From Candidatus Hydrogenedentota bacterium (GTDB lineage Bacteria > Hydrogenedentota > Hydrogenedentia > Hydrogenedentales > SLHB01), in NCBI GenBank assembly GCA_029974275.1, contig JARKSN010000197.1:1-10266 (forward strand): a DNA stretch of 10,266 bases, written 5' to 3'. A model generated the notes under the pieces. The model worked only from the letters and a program-made list of their open reading frames with translations. It had not been told where the DNA came from and did not search any database. Below are positions 7,154 through 10,266 of the stretch, piece after piece (the stretch's first letter is position 1; each line of letters begins with the position of its first letter). Both the position numbers and the translations under genes were made by a program.

Positions 7154-8281
7154 TCAAGGCTTTTTGACGAAACGCTTGTAAGAGTCGACGATCTCCGTCT
7201 TGGTTTTGTTGCGCGCCGCGCGCAAGGCGTCGACCTCGGCCCGCGTCGTGATGGGGCCGAATTCCAAATCGAATTCGCGGCTCTCTCCAGGATTCAGGCT
7301 GTGCAGCAGCCCCTGCCTTTCATCCACCTCCCGTCCTTCCACGCCGCAGTTGCAGGGTTCGAGGCCCACCACGTAATCCTGTTCGCCCATTTGCTTCCAT
7401 TCGACGAAACGGGGCAATTGTTTTTTGTTGTATGTGACGTACACTCCGAATCCATCGCCTTTTTTGAAACCGTCGTTGACGATGGCCGCGGTGACGGTTC
7501 CGTCGCGGGCGGGCGTCATCTCGTGGTAGTAGCATTTTTCGGCGTATTTGTGCGTCGGGGGATCGAACTTGTTCCAATTTTCCTGGCCATTGGCGGCCGT
7601 CGCGTCGCGCGGGGCGACATAGCGGCTTGGCGATATCAACTCGGAGCCGGCGTCGACGGCAGGCCATCCGATGTTGCAATGGTACAGCAGCATGAATTTG
7701 GTCTTGTTGAAGCCTTCGTTTGTGACGGTGTCGTGAATCCAGAAGCGTCGTTCGCCCAGGCAGGTGGCGACCGTGCGCCGGAGCGCGAGGTTTTCTCCGA
7801 AAACGACGGTTTCGCGCATGACGCCGGATACGCTGAGCACGTATTGGTTGCCGACCCATTCCTGGGAGATTTGGATGTCGCGCGCGGGCAGGTTGCCGAT
7901 GCGTCCGTGCAGTCCATTGCCCAGCAGGGCGCTTTCCGGTCGGGGCGCGCCGACGTGCGTCAGGCCGCAGGTCGTGACCAGGCCGCCGAAATAGTTGCGG
8001 AGCCAGCGCAAGCCTTCGGGTTCGTAGTATTGAGGCGCGACGTCGCCGGTGGCGCTGCGCCATCCCATGGCTTTGCCGCAGAAGGAGGCGGAGGGGATAT
8101 CGAGGCATCGATCGAGCAGGACCGTGAATTCGAGGCCGGACCCCGTGTGGAAGATGGCGGCTCGCGTGGGGCGTTCGTTGCCGTCATCCAGCTGGACGGT
8201 CCGTATGCCGGCGATCTGGTCCATGTTGCCCACGCGGCGCCGCAACTCGGACATGGCGTACTTCTTTCCGTATAGATCCAT
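7154..8281 (-). CDS. DUF4432 / aldose 1-epimerase (galactose mutarotase-like) family protein
   Basis: Start placed at ATG 8281 with AAGGAGG 6 nt upstream; 375 aa. Motifs 'GSGLEFTVLLDRCLDI', 'FGGLVTTCGL', 'GLHGRI', 'LLYHCNIGWP' and 'YVVGLEP'. Confidence 0.82.
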   Translation of the reverse strand: MDLYGKKYAMSELRRRVGNMDQIAGIRTVQLDDGNERPTRAAIFHTGSGLEFTVLLDRCLDIPSASFCGKAMGWRSATGDVAPQYYEPEGLRWLRNYFGGLVTTCGLTHVGAPRPESALLGNGLHGRIGNLPARDIQISQEWVGNQYVLSVSGVMRETVVFGENLALRRTVATCLGERRFWIHDTVTNEGFNKTKFMLLYHCNIGWPAVDAGSELISPSRYVAPRDATAANGQENWNKFDPPTHKYAEKCYYHEMTPARDGTVTAAIVNDGFKKGDGFGVYVTYNKKQLPRFVEWKQMGEQDYVVGLEPCNCGVEGREVDERQGLLHSLNPGESREFDLEFGPITTRAEVDALRAARNKTKTEIVDSYKRFVKKP

Positions 8282-8336
8282 GAGCGCCCTCCTTCCTTGC
8301 GGGCCGATGCGGGCCCGTCGTTCGCGTTTCACGAGT

Positions 8337-8365
8337 ACCATACCTCGGAGGAGGGGCGCGTGCAA
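8337..8365 (-). promoter_or_regulatory. Sigma70-type promoter for the DUF4432-like gene
   Basis: Minus strand reads TTGCAC (8365-8360), 17-nt spacer, TATGGT (8342-8337), about 55 nt upstream of the start codon. Confidence 0.6.
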
Positions 8366-8372
8366 GCCGATG

Positions 8373-10124
8373 CTATGTCGGGGGCGTTTCGCGCAGAAAT
8401 GCGCGGATGCGTCCCAATTCGGCGCGGAGTTGTTCCAGGGCGGGTCCTGCTCCCGGAAGGTCTCCCGCGGCGCCGTATTGTTCCAGGGCGTAGGCCAATT
8501 TGTGGAGCGGGTCGGCCCCGATGTTGCCGGCGGCTCCTTTGATGCTGTGGGCGAGTTGGCGCACGCTTGGGGCGTCTCCTTCGGCCATGGCGCGGTCAAG
8601 CAGCGACAAGCGCATTGCGGTGTCGCTGACGAACAGATCCATGATTTCGCGTTGCGCGCGCGGATCGTCTGGGCAGATGGAACGGAGTCTTTCCCGATCC
8701 AGGCAGGGCGGATCGGGGGGCTTGGGCGCCGGCGCGTCTTGTCGGGCAGGATGGGGGCGTTTCTTGCCCATGAGCCATTGATCGAGTTTCGCTTCCAGGG
8801 TGGGCGGGAGCATGGGTTTGGTCAGGTAATCGTCCATGCCCGATTCCAGGCATCGGCTTAGATCGCCTCGCGTGACCAAGGCGGTCATGGCCAGGACAGG
8901 GACATGGCGCTCGCCGCGTTCGTTGGCGCGGATCGAGGCCGTCGCTTCGAAGCCGTCCATTTCCGGCATATGGCAATCCATGAGGATCAGGTCGTAATCG
9001 CCGTGCCGTGCCGCTTCGACGGCTTCGCGTCCGTTGTTCACGATTTCGTGGCGGTACCCCATTCGTTGGAGCATGCGGGAGACGACTTTTTGGTTCACGG
9101 AGTTGTCTTCGGCGACGAGGATGCGGTAGCGGGCGCGATCTTGGGCGGAGACGGCCAGGAGCGTGTGTCTGCCTCCGACCACCGTGACGTTGGCCATGCC
9201 CATTGCGTCGCACAGGGACCGGTGGAGCGCGGTCCGTTTCAGGGGTTTTGTGGTGCAGCCTGCGAAGCCGCGTTGGGCGAGGGCGGCGGCGTTCGCTCGC
9301 TCTGCGACGGGTGTCATGAGCACGAGACGCGTGGGCGCGGTCGCCGGATTGGCCCGGATGCGCCGGGCGAGTTCGATGCCGTTTACGCGCGGCATGCGCA
9401 GGTCGATCAGGGCGATGTCGAAGGGGATGCCTTCGTTGGCGGCGCGGGTCAATGCTTCAACGGCGGCGGCGGCGTTGGGCGCTTCTTCGCTCAGGCATCC
9501 CCATTCGCTGAGGACATGCCGGCAGGCGCAACGGGTTGCGGCCGAATCGTCTATGATCAAGACGCGGACGTTTTCCAGGCCGCTTGGAAACAGGGTTTCC
9601 GTCTCTGCTTTGGCGAAATGTCCGACGAAGGTGAAGACGGATCCAGCGTCGGGTTTGGTCCGTACGTCGAGCGATCCCCCCATGGCGGCGGCCAGGCGCT
9701 TGGAGATGGCGAGGCCCAGCCCGGTTCCGCCGAATTTGCGCGTGGTGCCGGCGTCGGCTTGGGTAAAGGGTTGAAACAGGGTGGCGAGGCGGTCGGCTTC
9801 GATGCCGATTCCGGTGTCGGAAACGTCAAAACGCAACGCGATCGACTCCTGGGTTTGTTCTTCTAGATGCGCTTCGATGACGACTTCTCCCGTTTGCGTG
9901 AATTTGACGGCGTTTCCGGCGAGGTTGAGGAGTATCTGTCGCACCTTGGCGGGGTCGCCGACGATGGTGGCGGGGACGTGGGGATCGACGTCGGTGACGA
10001 ATTCGATGCCTTTTTCCTGGGCGCGTCCTGCGAGCACGTCGCCGACTTCTTCGATGACGCTTCGCGGGGAGAATTCGATGCGCTCGATTTCGATCTTGCC
10101 GGCCTCGATTTTGGAGAAGTCGAG
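8373..10124 (-). pseudogene. 5'-truncated hybrid sensor histidine kinase (HATPase_c-REC-REC-Hpt; BarA/GacS-like architecture)
   Basis: Homology starts abruptly at LDFSKIEAGK, the end of HisKA. N box (QILLNLAGNAVKFT), G boxes (DTGIGI; GGTGLGLAIS), REC1 (IALIDLRMP), REC2 (LILMDCHMPEMDG) and Hpt (LAHSIKGAAGNIGA) are present. The H box and sensor region are absent, and the TTG at 10139 has no RBS. Confidence 0.8.
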
Positions 10125-10266
10125 GCACTGTTGTCCCAACGTTTTCGAATTGCTGTTTGTAGAGGCCTGATATTCATGCAGTTAGAACCCGAAACTCGTT
10201 TTTCGATATTGAGTCAAACGCCGATTCTTGGTCATCCTTGCGGATTCGCACGCAAGGAGGCTCCCC
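10124..10266 (+). mobile_element. Probable end of an insertion sequence (IS6-like terminal repeat) interrupting the kinase
   Basis: Begins GGCACTGTTG at the point where kinase homology stops (the IS26 IR is GGCACTGTTGCAAA). GC is about 49% by hand count for 10125-10266, versus about 63% for 10021-10080. AAGGAGG at 10254-10260 points to an ORF starting just beyond the window. Confidence 0.5.

Noticed and set aside
8282..8599. 106-aa N-terminal extension of the DUF4432-like ORF
   Set aside because: It overlaps the kinase 3' end. A strong SD and a promoter support ATG 8281 instead.
5720..9866. Other long overlapping ORFs (5720-6949 -, 7301-8275 +, 8049-8861 +, 8904-9866 +)
   Set aside because: They are antisense shadows of well-supported genes and carry no recognisable motifs.
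1..10266. CRISPR array, tRNA or rRNA
   Set aside because: No regularly spaced repeats or RNA-gene signatures were seen, and the intergenic gaps are short.

Overview
GC-rich bacterial window with two parts. On the + strand (1-7099) is the end of a flagellar export/hook operon in Firmicutes/spirochaete/deltaproteobacterial-type order: fliH (5'-partial), fliI, fliJ, a YlxF/FlbB/MotE-like membrane protein, fliK, flgD, a TIGR02530-type flagellar operon protein, and flgE. A hairpin follows. On the - strand are a DUF4432/aldose-1-epimerase-like gene with a clear sigma70-type promoter and RBS, and a hybrid sensor kinase remnant (HATPase-REC-REC-Hpt) that lacks its phospho-His box. The kinase breaks off at about 10124, where a lower-GC segment begins with GGCACTGTTG, resembling an IS6-family terminal repeat; this is probably an IS end whose transposase would start just past the window. 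The most interesting unexplained signal is a compact two-hairpin RNA element (C-UUCG-G loop, purine-rich internal loop) between the function-unknown TIGR02530-type gene and the flgE RBS. Together they are a candidate protein-plus-cis-RNA module controlling hook expression. A second structured leader with a 7-2-7 palindrome precedes fliK. All family calls come from motif recognition by eye; no searches were run.
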